64,000 nt of DNA from Somniosus microcephalus (GCA_052327205.1 CM126203.1:235538001-235602000); one strand, 5' to 3'. Shown: positions 25,173-37,489, counted from the stretch's first letter. Notes: generated by a model from the letters alone, not told the origin. Translations and numbers: made by a program.

Positions 25173-26314
25173 CTGTTCGAATCTTCACCTTAATCATCAT
25201 AGCCTTATCCTGTGGTATTCCTCTTTCTGTAAACTTTGTAAACAAGCACAATGGGCCACATCATTTCTGTATCCACTCCATAAGCCTTTAACCTGCCCAT
25301 TTAAATTGTTACAAAATAGCCTGGGCCACAAACCATACCACTCCTGATTTCTAGGACAAAAGACCTACCCCTACACTTTCTTCAAGAATATCACCAGCCT
25401 GTTTCAGTATTTCATTATGAGTGGGCTACTCTTTTATTAGGAAGTTAGCCAGTTAAGCCAAAAATCACACTCATGCTATTCTGGGCAAGTTTTTGAAAGG
25501 ATGCAGCACATCTGAGCCTTCAAAGTTTATTCTTACAGAACAAAAGTCCATCATGAAATATTTCTTTCCACTCCCCAAAATCCAGCCCTAATCCTTGAAA
25601 CAGTTCATACAGGACGTTGGAAAAAAGGATATACCATTGGGCAGTAAGACGATCAAATTACAGGGTGAAAGTAATCAGATACTAATAAAATAAGGCTTTA
25701 ACCCATGTGAACATTTAAAAAAAAATTAGATTTTAGCAGATGGAGTCAGGGCCTAAACAGGCCTGAATGTGACTATTGCTCAGTTATAATCTCCAAGACT
25801 CAAGCATTTGTAAAAAAAATAGTAATTCTGACAATGTGGAATTAACTTCACAACAAAATGCCATGTCTTGCTGATACCACCTGACCTGTTTGGCTAAAAA
25901 AAAGACACTAAGTAAAAAAATCTGAACAGATTCAGAACCTTGTTCTGGGCTCAGCTGCACAGTCATGCAAAACAGAAGTCCTGGGCAATATTGTTAATAT
26001 GTACTTGCCTAATATTAGTTATGATCATTTCAAGCTTTACCATACCTCACTCGCTTATGCCAGAAGTGCCTGCTATTCCAGAATCAGCCCAGTTTCCTAA
26101 CCACTCAAGCACTCATCACTCTGGGGGAGAAAGTGCATTGCTCTCTTCAATCTCATCTCTTCCACAAAACCACCTCCTGCTCCCTTGATCCTTTTCCACC
26201 CAAATCCTGATCTTTCAACTATAACTCTGGCTCCCATGCTAGCTGATAACATTAACAGTTCCTTTTCCACAGGCACCAACCATCTCCTGTTCAAAACCGT
26301 TATCATCAATGTCT

Positions 26315-27380
26315 ATTCATGGTGTGTTGCATCCCTGGTGCCAGGGTAAAGGATAGCACTGAACGGGTCAGGACATTCTGCGAGGGGACGGGGAACAGCC
26401 AGAAGCCGTGGTCCATGTTGGAACCAATGACATAGGTAGGAAAAGGGTTGAGGTCCTACAGGCAGAGTTTCAGGAAATAGGAAAAAGATTGAAGAACAGG
26501 ACCTCAAATGTGGTAATCTCTGGATTACTCCCATTGCCACGTGCTAGTAAGTACAGAAACAGGAAGAGAGTGCAGGTGAATACGTAATTGGAGAAGTGGT
26601 GTAGGAGGGAGGGCTTCAGATTCCTGGGGCATTGGGACCAGTCAGGGACAGGAGGGACCTGTACAAGCCAGGTGGGTTGCATCTGAACAGGGCTGGGAGG
26701 GACCAATGTCCTCACAGGGGGGTCAACTCGTGCTGTGGTGGAGGGCTTAAACTAATTTGGCAGGGGGAGAGGAACCAGGATGTAGCAGCAGAGAGGAGAT
26801 AAAAGGTGCATAGAAAACTAGGAGGGACAAACAGCAACAGAATAAAGTGTAAAATAACAGGACTTAGATGGAGGGAAAAAAGCAAAGCTGACTAGCATGG
26901 TGTGGGAATGCAGGTGTGTTAATGCGAGGAGTGTTACAAATAAGGTTGATGAGCTACAGGCACAAGTAGAAAAGTCACCCGGTCCGGATGGAATGCATCC
27001 TAGGTTACTGAGGGAAGGAAGGTTGGAAATTGTGGAGGCTCTGGCCACAATCTTCCAAACCTCTTCAGATATGGGGGTGGTGCCAGAGACCTGGAGGATT
27101 GCAAATGTTACATTCCTGTTTAAAAAAAATCAGAGGGATAAACCCACCAACTACAGGCTAGTCAGCGAACATCTGACTTATGGAAACAATAATCTGATAC
27201 AAAATTAATTGGCATTTGGAAAAGTACAGGCTAAATGAGTCAGCACGGATTTGTTAAAGGTAATTTGTGTTTGATGAACTTGATTGAGTCCTTTGATGAA
27301 GTAACGTAGAAGGTTGATGAGGGTAGTGTGATTGATGTTGTGCATATGGACTTACAAAAGGCATTTGTCAAAGTATCACT
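26315..27380 (+). mobile_element. Degenerate, internally deleted CR1 (ORF1 esterase region and ORF2 pieces)
   Basis: Nucleotide match to the ORF1 MVCCxPGARV and GTND region. ORF 26897-27208 fuses CVNARSV to KSPGPDGMHPR. Confidence 0.75.
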
Positions 27381-28160
27381 TTTTTTTTTAATTCATGGGA
27401 TGTGGACAATACCAGCATTTATTGTCCATCCCGCATTGCCCTCGAGAAGGTGATGGTAAGCTGCCTTCTTGAACCGCTGTAGTCTGTGTCATGCAGGTAC
27501 TCCCACAGTGCTGTTAGGTAAGGAGTTCCAGGATTTGGACCCAGCGACGATAAAGGAATGGCAATATATTTCCAAGTCAGGGTGTTGTGAACACCACCAC
27601 CTCCAAGTCACACATGTGCCTGCTGCCCTTGTCCTTCTAGCTGGCAGAGTTTGCTGATTTGGGGGGTGCTGTCGAAGAAGTCTTGGCGAGTTACTGCAGT
27701 GCATCTTGCAGATGGTACACACTGCAGCCATGGTGCACCAGTGGTGGAGGGAGTTAATGTTTAAGGTGGTGGATGGAGTGCCAATCAAGTGGGCTGCTTT
27801 GTCTTGGATGGTGTCGAGCTTTTTGAGTTGTTGGAGCTGCACTCATCCAGGTAAGTGAAGAGTATTCCATCACACTTCTGACTTGTGCCTTGTAGGTGGC
27901 TTTGGGGACTCAGAAAGTGAGTCATTCGCCACAGAATACCCAGCCTCTGACCTGCTCTTGTAGCCACAGTATTTATGTGGCTAGTCCAGTTAAGTTTCTG
28001 GTCAATGGTAGGGTAGTGACGATGGTAATGCCATTGAATGTCAAGGGACGGTAGTTAGACTCTCTCTTGTTGGAGATGGTCATTACCTGGCACTTATGTG
28101 GTGCAAATGTTACTTACCACTTATCAGCCCAAGCCAGAATGTTGTCCAGGTCATACTGCA
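27381..28160 (-). mobile_element. Second LINE family 3' fragment
   Basis: LKKLDTIQDKAAHLIG...SLHHWCTMAAVCTICKMHC. Poly-T tail at 27380. Confidence 0.85.
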
Positions 28161-28682
28161 GGCAGAGTATTGTGTTCAATTCTGGGCACCGCACTTTAGG
28201 AAGGATGTCAAGACCTTGGAGAGGGTGCAGATGAGATTTACTAGAATGGTTCCAGGGATTTGGGACTTTAATAATGTGGAGAGACTGGAGAAGCTGGGGT
28301 TGTTCTCCTTAAGAGCAGAGAAGGTTAAGAGGATATTTGATAGCGGTGTTCAACATCTAAAGAGAAACTGTTTCCAGTGGCATAAGGGTCAGTAACCAGA
28401 AGACACAGATTTAAGGTGATTAGCAAAAGAACCAGAGGCAACATGAACAAACATTTTTTTTTTATACTCCGAGTTGTTGTGATCTAGAATGCACTGCCTG
28501 AAAGGGTGGTGCAAGCAGATTCAATAGTAACATTCAAAAGGATATTGGATAAATACTTGCAGGGCTATGGGGAAAGAGCGGTGGGGGGTGGGACTAGTTG
28601 GATAACTCTGCCAAAGAGTCGGCACAGGGATGATGGGCCGAATGGCCTCCTTTTGTGCTGTATCATTCCATGATTCTATGTC
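28161..28682 (+). mobile_element. CR1 3' fragment
   Basis: EYCVQFWAPHFRKDV. Tail CATGATTCTATG. Confidence 0.85.
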
Positions 28683-30654
28683 TTATAGTTCATGTGCTGA
28701 CAGTCCAAGTTAAATAATGTGAATATATCCATATTATCCATGCATTTAAATATTTTAAAAGACCTGAATCATGTTCATATTTTCTCTAATGAAAGCAAGC
28801 TCAGATTTGCCAATGTCGCCAGAACTTAATGCTCTAAATCTTAGAATCCTCATTAGCCATGTGTAAGCCTAAATATTGTCAGTAGGTTAGTCAATCATTT
28901 AAATGGAACAAGTTATTTTAGCAAGTGATATAATAATGCATATGCTACTTTCATACACTTTACAGCAGGCTGAACAGGATTACATACAGCTTTTAAGCTA
29001 TACTTACTTTAAAAAAGTACCCATTTTTCTCCCAAAACTATGCCATGGAGTAGCACCTTTAGTTCCCCATGCAGGGAGTATTTGCAGACTCATGGCACTA
29101 TTATAAATCTAGGCAATCTGGTTTGAGACCAGTACCTGTTCAAAGCAATTTTAGGTTGATGTCCCAGTTATACTGCCTATTTTGCATCACTTTCTAGCAT
29201 GTAAAACAAAGCTCATCCCAGTACATAAGTACATACAAGAACACATGCCCAGAACTCCAACTATCTGTCCAAACAAGTTACATTTTTAATGTTCGCAAAG
29301 AGACAATGTGACAAGCAACTCTTTGCTAAAATTAAAAGTTAGAAGGAAGTTTTAAAAATTCATAAGCAGTTGGTTGGACCGTCTAGGAACTCGCTAAAGT
29401 TTGCTTTCCACCAGTTGAAGTGGTACTGTAGCACAGGAATTAAGGCACAGGGATAAAATTCCAAAGTTGTACACTTTGGCTGGACTTTTACCGGCGCTGA
29501 GAGGGTGGGATCGGAGGCAGGTCAGCTGTCAAAATAGAAAAGATTGACAGCGGGTCAGGAACCCGCTGTCAAGTCACCTCCACACGAGTCTCCCAGGTGT
29601 CAGGTCTGTCAGCGCTGAACAGACCCAACACCAAGCGGTAGGGGAGACAATTTAGATGATTAAATGCATTAAGAGGCAATTAAGTCTTATTTTAAGCTTA
29701 CTTTTAGATTTTTAGAGTTTGCCAACGGCTTCCCTGCTGCTTGGGACTCACATCAGGTAAGGAGGTCGAGTTTGTGTCAGCAGGGGATGATTTACTAACT
29801 TGACAGCGACAAATGGTCTATAAAAGCTCCCATTCCATAGGTTTTCACTTTCCAAGGTTAGAAGCTCTTGCTTACTATATTTGGAAGACAGATTGAGGTT
29901 TATGCAGCTTGCAAATGTTTGGAGCAAACTCTCAATCCAGTGTCACCTCATTGGAGCAACCCCTCTCACCATTGACAGATCGCTTCCGTCATCTCAACCT
30001 CACCTGCCATCTATTCCATCAGCATGAAAAAATCTCACCTTGGTCCTCAGAATCCCACCACGATCAGCCCCAACACCAGCAGCACCAACCTTCTCCGCAA
30101 TCACCTGATGCTGCACAGGACAGAGGGCTTCAGCACCCGAGCACATTGCTGCCCGGGAGGCCAGATTTACTTCACTTGACGCTGTACACCCTGGCTGACA
30201 CAATGCACACCACCCCACACCAACAACATAAAGCATCCCTACAATGCTCGAGCCATTCCTTTCACAAACATTACCATTGCTGGGGGGTATCCTTATGTCT
30301 CACCATTCACTGCAACTCACTAAGCCACTGCCAAAGATGCACACAAATCTGTCCAAAAACAGTGTTGAAAATAAAAGTTTCAATGTTTGATAGCACATTA
30401 ACAGAAACATCACATGAACATTGGCTAAACCACCCAATTGCCTACCCTTGTCTGTTAGTTGGTATGCTTGCAGTAGAATGAATGAGAGTGAGTGTGAGGG
30501 TTGGCTAGTGAGATGGGGAAGTGATAATGTAGATAGAGAGGGATGGGTGGAGCTGCAAGGGAAGTTGGTGTAAGGATGTGCAGGAGTAGGGTAGGGAAGG
30601 CAAAGTGATGGGGATGCGATATGTGGCACAGCAGGAGGAGGTTGAGTGTGATGT

Positions 30655-33092
30655 GGAGATGCCGGTGTTGGACTGGGGTGGACAAATGTAGAAAGTCACA
30701 CAACACCAGGTTATAGTCCAACAGCTTTATTTGAAATCACAAATATGGAAACAGCGCTCCGATAGCTTAAGAAAAGATATACTTGCTCTGGAGGCGGTTC
30801 AGAGAAGGTTCACTCGGTTGATTCCGGAGATGAGGGGGTTGACGTATGAGGAAAGGTTGAGTAGGTTGGGCCTCTACTCATTGGAGTTCAGAAGAACAAG
30901 AGGCGATCTTATCGAAACATATAAGATTGTGAAGGGGCTTGATCGGGTGGATGCGGTGAGGATGTTTCCACTGATGGGCGAGACTAGAACTAGGGGGCAT
31001 TATCTTAAAATAAGGGGCTGCCCTTTCAAAACTGAGATGAGGAGAAACTTCTTCACTCAGAGGGTAGTAAATCTATGGAATTTGCTACCCCAGAGAGCTG
31101 TGGAAGCTGCAACATCAAATAAATTTAAAACGGAGATAGACAGTTTCCTAGCAGATACGGGAATTAGGGGTTACGGGGAGAGGGCAGGGAAGTGGAAGTG
31201 AGTCTAGATTCGGATCAGCCATGATCCTATTGAATGGCAGAGCAGGCCCGAGGGGCCGTATGGCCTACTCCTGCTACTATTTCTTATGTTCTTAGTCAGG
31301 TGAAGTGAAGAGAAGCATACAAGCACAGCATATATAGTCAGAGAAAACTGCCAGATGATTACAGGTAATCTTTCTAACTGCCATTTATCACACCTCGGCA
31401 GAGAGATAATCACAGCAATCAAAGGTGTGAATGGTGTCCAAACAGGTCAGCCAGGAAAACATTACATCAAAGAACAATGAGGTGGGGTCACAAGGGGTCA
31501 AATGTTGCAGATGCTGGGGTCTGTATGAAAAACAGAAAAAAAAACATTGCTTGAAATCACAGCAGGTCCAGCCGCATCGGTGCAGAGAGAACAAGCCAAC
31601 GACGACTCGAGTCTGGATGACTCTACGGCAGGTGGGGTTACATGTAGCGTGACATGAACCCAAGATCCCGGTTGAGGCCGTCCTCACGAGTGCGGAACTT
31701 GGCTATCAGTTTCTGCTCGACGATTTTGCGTTGTCGTGTGTCTCGAAGGCCGCCTTGGGGAATGCTTACCCGAAGATCGGAGGCTGAATGTCCTTGACTG
31801 CTGAAGTGTTCCCCGACTGGGAGGGAACACTCCTGCCTGGCGATTGTTGTGCGGTGTCCGTTCATCCGTTGTCGCAGTGTCTGCATGGTCTCGCCGATGT
31901 ACCATGCTCCGGGGCATCCTTTCCTGCAACGTATGAGATAGACAACGTTGGCCAAGTCACATGAGTATGTACCATGTACCTGGTGAGTGGTGTCCTCACG
32001 TGTGATGATGGTATCTGTGTTGATGATCTGGCATGTCTTGCAGAGGTTGCCGTGGCAGGGTTGTGTGGTGGCGTGGTCGCTGTTCTCCTGAAATCTGGGT
32101 AATTTGCTGCGAACGATGGTCTGTTTGAGGTTAGGCGGCTGTTTGAAGGCGAGTAGTGGAGGCGTGGGGATGGCCTTAGCGAGGTGTTCGTCGTCGTCGA
32201 TGACATGTTGAAGGCTGCGGAGAACATGGCGTAGTTTCTCCGCTCCGGGGAAGTACTGGACGACGAAGGGTACTCTGTTGGTTGTGTCCCGTGGTTGTCT
32301 TCTGAGGAGGTCTATGCGATTTTTCGCTGTGGCCCGTCGGAACTGTTGATCGACATCTCGTTCTTAAGAGGGCGTCTTTCAGCATCTGTAGGTGTCCATC
32401 GCGTTCCTCCTCGTCTGAGCAGATCCTGTGTATTCGCAGGGCTTGTCCATAGGGGATGGCTTCTTTAACGTAGCTAGGGTGGAAGCTGGAGAAGTGGAAC
32501 ATCGTGAGGTTGTCCGTGGGCTTGCGGTAGAGTGAAGTGCTGAAGTGTCCGTCTTTGATGGAGATTCGTGTGTCCAAGAATGAAACCGATTCTGAGGAGT
32601 AGTCCATGGTGAGTTTGATGGTGGGATGGAACTTGTTGATGTCATCGTGTAGACTTTTCAGTGATCCTTCGCCGTGGGTCCATAGGAAGAAAATATCGAT
32701 GTATCTGGTGTATAGCGTTGGTTGGAGGTCCTGTGCAGCGAAGTCTTGCTCGAACTTGTGCATGAAGATGTTGGTGTATTGGGGTGTGAATTTGGTCCCC
32801 ATGGCTGTTCCGTGTGTTTGGGTAAAGAACTGGTTGTCGAAGGTGAAGACATTGTGGTCAAGGATGAAGCGGATGAGTTGTAGGATGGCGTCTGGAGATT
32901 GGCTGTTGGTGTTGAGTACTGTGGCTGTCGCAGCGATGCCGTCATCGTGGGGGATACTGGTGTAGAGTGCCGAGACGTCCATCGTGGCGAGGAGTGTTCC
33001 TGGTGCAACTGGTCCGTGGGTGCTGAGTTTCTGTAAGAAGTCTGTAGTGTCGCGACAGAAGCTGGGGGTTCCCTGTACAATGGGTTTCAGGA
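30655..33092 (-). mobile_element. Penelope-like element, left arm (RT, GIY-YIG and 3' pLTR)
   Basis: ORF 32176-32982 (MDVSALYTSIP, GTAMGT) and 31638-31955 (NVVYLIRC...WYIGET...RMNGHR). Confidence 0.93.
30767..31293 (+). mobile_element. CR1 3' fragment inserted in the left PLE arm
   Basis: ORF 30731-31201 (LRKDILALEAVQRRF...). Tail TTCTTATGTTCTT. Absent from the right arm. Confidence 0.92.
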
Positions 33093-33263
33093 CATCCTAT
33101 CGTATCAGGCAACGGAACCCTGTGCGACAACCTCTCTGGATACATCGAGGGCATCCTGAAACTCATCGTACAGGGAACCCCCAGCTTCTCTCGCGACACT
33201 ACAGACTTCTTACAGAAACTCAGCACCCACGGACCAGTTGAACCAGGAACACTTCTCACCACG

Positions 33264-34626
33264 ATGGACGTCTCGGCACTCTACACCAGTATCCCCCGCG
33301 ATGACGGCATCGCTGCGACAGGCTCAGTACTCAAGACCAACAGCAGCCAATCTCCAGACACCATCCTACAACTCATCCGCTTCATCCTTGACCACAATGT
33401 GTTCACCTTCGACAACCAGTTCTTCACCCAAACACACGGAACAGCCATGGGGACCAAATTCACACCCCAATACGCCAACATCTTCATGCACAAGTTCGAG
33501 CAAGACTTCTTCGCTGCACAGGACCTCCAACCAACACTATACACCAGATACATCGACGACATTTTCTTCCTATGGACCCACGGCGAAGGATCACTGAAAA
33601 GACTACACGATGACATCAACAAGTTCCATCCCACCATCAAACTCACCATGGACTACTCCTCAGAATCAGTTTCATTCTTGGACATACAAATCTCCATCAA
33701 AGACGGATACCTCAGCACTCCACTCTACCGCAAGCCCACGGACAACCTCACGATGCTCCACTTCTCCAGCTTCCACCCTAACCACGTTAAAGAAGCCATC
33801 CCCTATGGAAAAGCCCTGCGAATACACAGGATCTGCTCAGACGAGGAGGAACGCGATGGACACCTACAGACGCTGAAAGACGCCCTCGTAAGAACGGGAT
33901 TTGACGAGTCGAGCATCCTTCGACAGTTCCAACAGGCCACAGCGAAAAATCGCATAGACCTCCTCAGAAGACAAACATGGGACACAACCAACAGAGTATC
34001 CTTCGTCATCCAGTACTTCCCCAGAGCGGAGAAACTACGCCATGTTCTCCGCAGCCTTCAACATGTCATCGACGACGACGAACACCTCGCTAAGGCCATC
34101 CCCACGCCTCCACTACTCGCCTTCAAACAGCCGCCTAACCTCAAACAGACCATCGTTCGCAGCAAATTACCCAGATTTCAGGAGAACAGCGACCACGCCA
34201 CCACACAACCCTGCCACGGCAACCTCTGCAAGACATGCCAGATCATCAACACAGATACCATCATCACACGTGAGGACGCCACCCACCAGGTACACATAGT
34301 CATGTGGCTCGGCCAATGTTGTCTACCTCATATGTTGCAGGAAAGGATGCCCCGGAGCATGGTACATCGGCGAGACCATGCAGACACTGCGACAACGGAT
34401 GAACGGACACCGCGCGACAACAGCCAGGCAGGAGTGTTCCCTCCCAGTTGGGGAACACTTCAGCCGTCAAGGACATTCAGCCTCCGATCTTCGGGTAAGC
34501 ATTCTCCAAGGCGGCCTTCGAGGCACACGACAACGCAAAATCGTCGAGCAGAAACGGACAGCCAAGTTCCGCACTCGTGAGGACAGCCTCAACCGGGATC
34601 TTGGATTCATGTCACGCTACATGTAA
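33264..34626 (+). pseudogene. PLE reverse transcriptase / GIY-YIG endonuclease ORF (5'-truncated, frameshifted)
   Basis: ORF 33264-34580 (RYIDDIF, SFLD, LYRKPTD, CKTC) plus 34378-34626. Confidence 0.88.
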
Positions 34627-34646
34627 CCCCACCTGCCGTAGAGTCA

Positions 34647-34991
34647 CAGAATCACAGAAACCCCACAGTGCAGATAGAGGCCATTTTGGCCCATCGAGCC
34701 TGCACCGACACATATCCCACCCGATCCCCGTAACCCCTACACCAACACATATCCCACCCTATCCCCGTAACCCCACGTATTTAATCCCCCTAACACTAAG
34801 GGTCAATTTATCATAGCCAATCAACCTAACTCGCACATCTTTGGACTGTGGGAGGAAACCGGAGCACCCGGAGGAAACCCACGCAAACACGGGGAGAATG
34901 TGCAAACTCCACACAGACAGTCGCCCGAGGCCGGATTCGAACCCGGGTCCCTGGCGCTGTGAGGCAACAGTGCTAACCACTATGCCACCGT
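34647..34991 (-). mobile_element. HE1-type V-SINE with CR1-derived tail
   Basis: tRNA head (GGTGGCATAGTGGTTAGC, GGTTCGAATCC). V-domain TGTGTGGAGTTTGCACATTCTCCCCGTG...GGGTTTCCTCCGGGTGCTCCGGTTTCCTCCCACAGTCCAAAGA. CR1-like tail. Confidence 0.92.
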
Positions 34992-35290
34992 GACTCGAGT
35001 CGTCGTTGGCTTGTTCTCTCTGCACCGATGCGGCTGGACCTGCTGTGATTTCCAGCAAAGTTTTTTTTTCTGTTTTTCATACAGACCCCAGCATCTGCAA
35101 CATTTGACCCCTTGTGACCCCACCTCATTGTTCTTTGATGTAATGTTTTCCTGACTGACCTGTTTGGACACCATTCACACCTTTGATTGCTGTGATTATC
35201 TCTCTGCCGAGGTGTGATAAAGGGCAGTTAGAAAGATTACCTGTAATCATCTGGCAGTTTTCAGACTGTGCACGTAAGCTTCTCTTCACT

Positions 35291-35327
35291 TCACTTGACG
35301 AAGGAGCAGCGCTCCGAAAGCTTGTGA
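35291..35327 (+). ncRNA. Minimal type-I hammerhead ribozyme motif in the PLE pLTR (C3>U variant)
   Basis: TCAC-TTGACGA-A-GGAGC-AGC-GCTCC-GAAA-GC-TT-GTGA: stem I TCAC/GTGA, stem II GGAGC/GCTCC, palindromic AAGCTT in place of stem III. Confidence 0.7.
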
Positions 35328-36689
35328 TTTCAAATAAAGCTGTTGGACTATAACCTGGTGTTGTGTGATTTCCTACATTTGAGGTTGTGGGGGGCTTGGC
35401 AGTAATGTTTTGTGATCTACTGAGATCAATGAAAGGTTTGCGCCACTGCAGCCTGGTCCTCCTGATGACATCCCTGCTTGTGCCCTCCTGTGTAATGTGC
35501 AACCAGGCTGTGTTGGTCTCCCAGGGAGGTGTCTTCCACCCATTTGAAGGGAAGAGAACCTCCCTGCGTGCGGTTTATGGAGGGAGTAATGGGAGAGCCT
35601 GGGTGCAGCCATGCACATTTGTGTAGTGCTCGTCAGTGTTTGCAGCACCTCAATGCTGTAGATCACTGACAGCAGAACTGTCAAAATCAATTTGGACATG
35701 GGTCTCTAAGGAAACCGGCTGACGACACATCATCAAATGATGTCATCAGACCCGCTTCCTTTTAATTGGCCGGGAAACACGCTGGGCGGGCTTAACAAGC
35801 CCAATCAACTTAAAAGCACTTGGAGAGCACGGGCTAGAGCAGGCAGTGGGCTGGGACTGCGCTACCGACCCTGGCCGCTCTGGGCCTACCTCGGTCGGCG
35901 AAATCGCGGCCTTTATGTCAATGCAAAGTGGTTCCAGCTTTACATCAATGCAAATTTGTAATATAACGTGAAAGGGTACGATCATTCTTGTTCCCTATTT
36001 GCCTCCTCGGAGCCAAGTATACAGCAATATTGGCAGAGGCCTAAAAGTAGGCATTTGCCTGTTTTTATATTTAAAGTACAGCATACGAGCTACCAAAGGG
36101 GGCAGCTAAAATAAAATACACAAGAAAACACTACAGCAAGCAGTAAATCAATATTGTTTATTCTACATCCTCAGCAGCCCTAATATCTACTTTAATAGCA
36201 AAGTCTTCACACTACTTCAACAAACTGCAACATTAAATAAAGTTAAAATTATTAATATTGTATCTTACAAACAGGATATCCTAGTAAAACTTATAACCAT
36301 TCTAAAGTATTGATCACTTGCATCAATGACTTTGTAGGGGCATACGGAAGAGCCCCGCCTCACAAGACCAGCTCGGATATCTGCAGCTAAGAGCGGGACC
36401 TAGTGTACTATCCATGCTGAGTTTGCAGCTGCTCTGGCAGATTCCAGCCAACTAACAAGAGGAAATTCAACAGAAAGAATGCAGATTTTCAGAGTCAAGT
36501 GCTTGCCAGAAGAGTTAATTTTTCTTTTAATTGATTGTGGAGAAACACAGTTGTTCTTCATCCTCTACATACTACTGGAATGAGCTGACCCTGATCACCA
36601 GTACAGATATGGGAGAGGAATAATGAGACATTGACAAATTTGAGCTTGCTTTCATTACAAGAAATATTGAGGCAGGGCAGTTACTGCAA

Positions 36690-37175
36690 TCTATCAACAG
36701 AGACAGAGTGACTGAGCATTTTTAATAAGTATGAGCTAATCAAATCAGTATGAATTTGTGAAGGGTAGGTCATGTTTGACTAATTTAGTTCAATCTTTTG
36801 AGGAGGTGACTAACATTCTGGATAGGGGAGTATCTATGGATGTTGTCTATATGGGCTTCCAGAAGGCATTCGATAAAGTTCCATCCAAGTGATTATTAGT
36901 AAAATCAAAAGTGCAGGGAATTGGAAGTAACCTTGTGACATGGGTTGGTAATTAATTGGGAGGTAGGAGACAGAGGGTAGGTATGAAGGGACTTTACTGT
37001 AATTAGCAGGATGAGACAAGGAATCCCCAGGGATCTGTACTGGGGCCTCAGCTTTTCACTATATTATATGAATGGCTTGAATATCCAAGTTTGCAGATGC
37101 CACCAAGTTCAGAGGTACTGCAAGCTGTATAGTTGGAAGCAGAAAGTTACAAAGGGACATAGGTTAAGTGAGAAT
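36690..37175 (+). mobile_element. Degenerate CR1 RT fragment
   Basis: TCATGTTTGACTAATTTA, TTCCAGAAGGCATTCGATAAAGT and CCAAGTTTGCAGATG match CR1 RT. Confidence 0.75.
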
Positions 37176-37288
37176 GAAAAATTTTGGCTGGTGGAGAGGG
37201 AAGGAAGGAAGTAAGTGAGATGGAGGAAAAAAACAAATAAAGATTGTTAATTTATGCTCCTCAGCACCAGTAAAATGGCTCCATTTAC

Positions 37289-37364
37289 CTTATTGGATAG
37301 TTTCCGCAATGTTAAGAAGCATAGTAAATTTCTCCACTGATCGCATAATTCTGATTTTTCTCAC
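37289..37364 (-). other. Candidate non-coding (5' UTR) exon, 76 nt
   Basis: Acceptor TTTCTGCTTTTTTTAG, donor AAG|GTAAAT. Unique island between repeats. Stops in all frames. Confidence 0.4.
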
Positions 37365-37489
37365 CTAAAAAAAGCAGAAATGGAAACTCTATGTGAGAAG
37401 TGGGTAGAGTCCACAAAGCAGCTGTTAAAAACAGATAAAGGCTGGAATTGGCTAGGGAATTTAATATTTTGATTAAAATGGTATACAAC

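Larger units (their letters stand above)
33093..35381 (+). mobile_element. Penelope-like element, right arm
   Basis: Reverse complement of the left arm. RT with YIDD. GIY-YIG region frameshifted at about 34295-34320. Stop at 34626. Confidence 0.93.
29478..35911 (-). mobile_element. Harbinger-type element (decayed Myb/SANT exon at about 35400-35620), host of the PLE palindrome
   Basis: 3-bp TSD TTT. Imperfect TIRs GGCTGGACTTT / AAATCGCGGCC. Collinear with 41939-49133. Confidence 0.75.

Noticed and set aside
29909-30481. His/Gln/Pro-rich ORF similar to 43458-44102 as a conserved protein
   Set aside because: The similarity reflects two copies of the same Harbinger-type element. Starts differ and there is no recognisable domain.
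32606-33876. Duplicated ORFs in alternative and antisense frames (e.g. MVSLMVGWNLL, MTSTSSIPPSN)
   Set aside because: Shadows of the codon-biased PLE RT frame, duplicated by the palindrome.
34920-34991. tRNA gene (also at about 11700-11777 and 23670-23745)
   Set aside because: A/B boxes are SINE heads followed by SINE bodies. No complete cloverleaf is evident.
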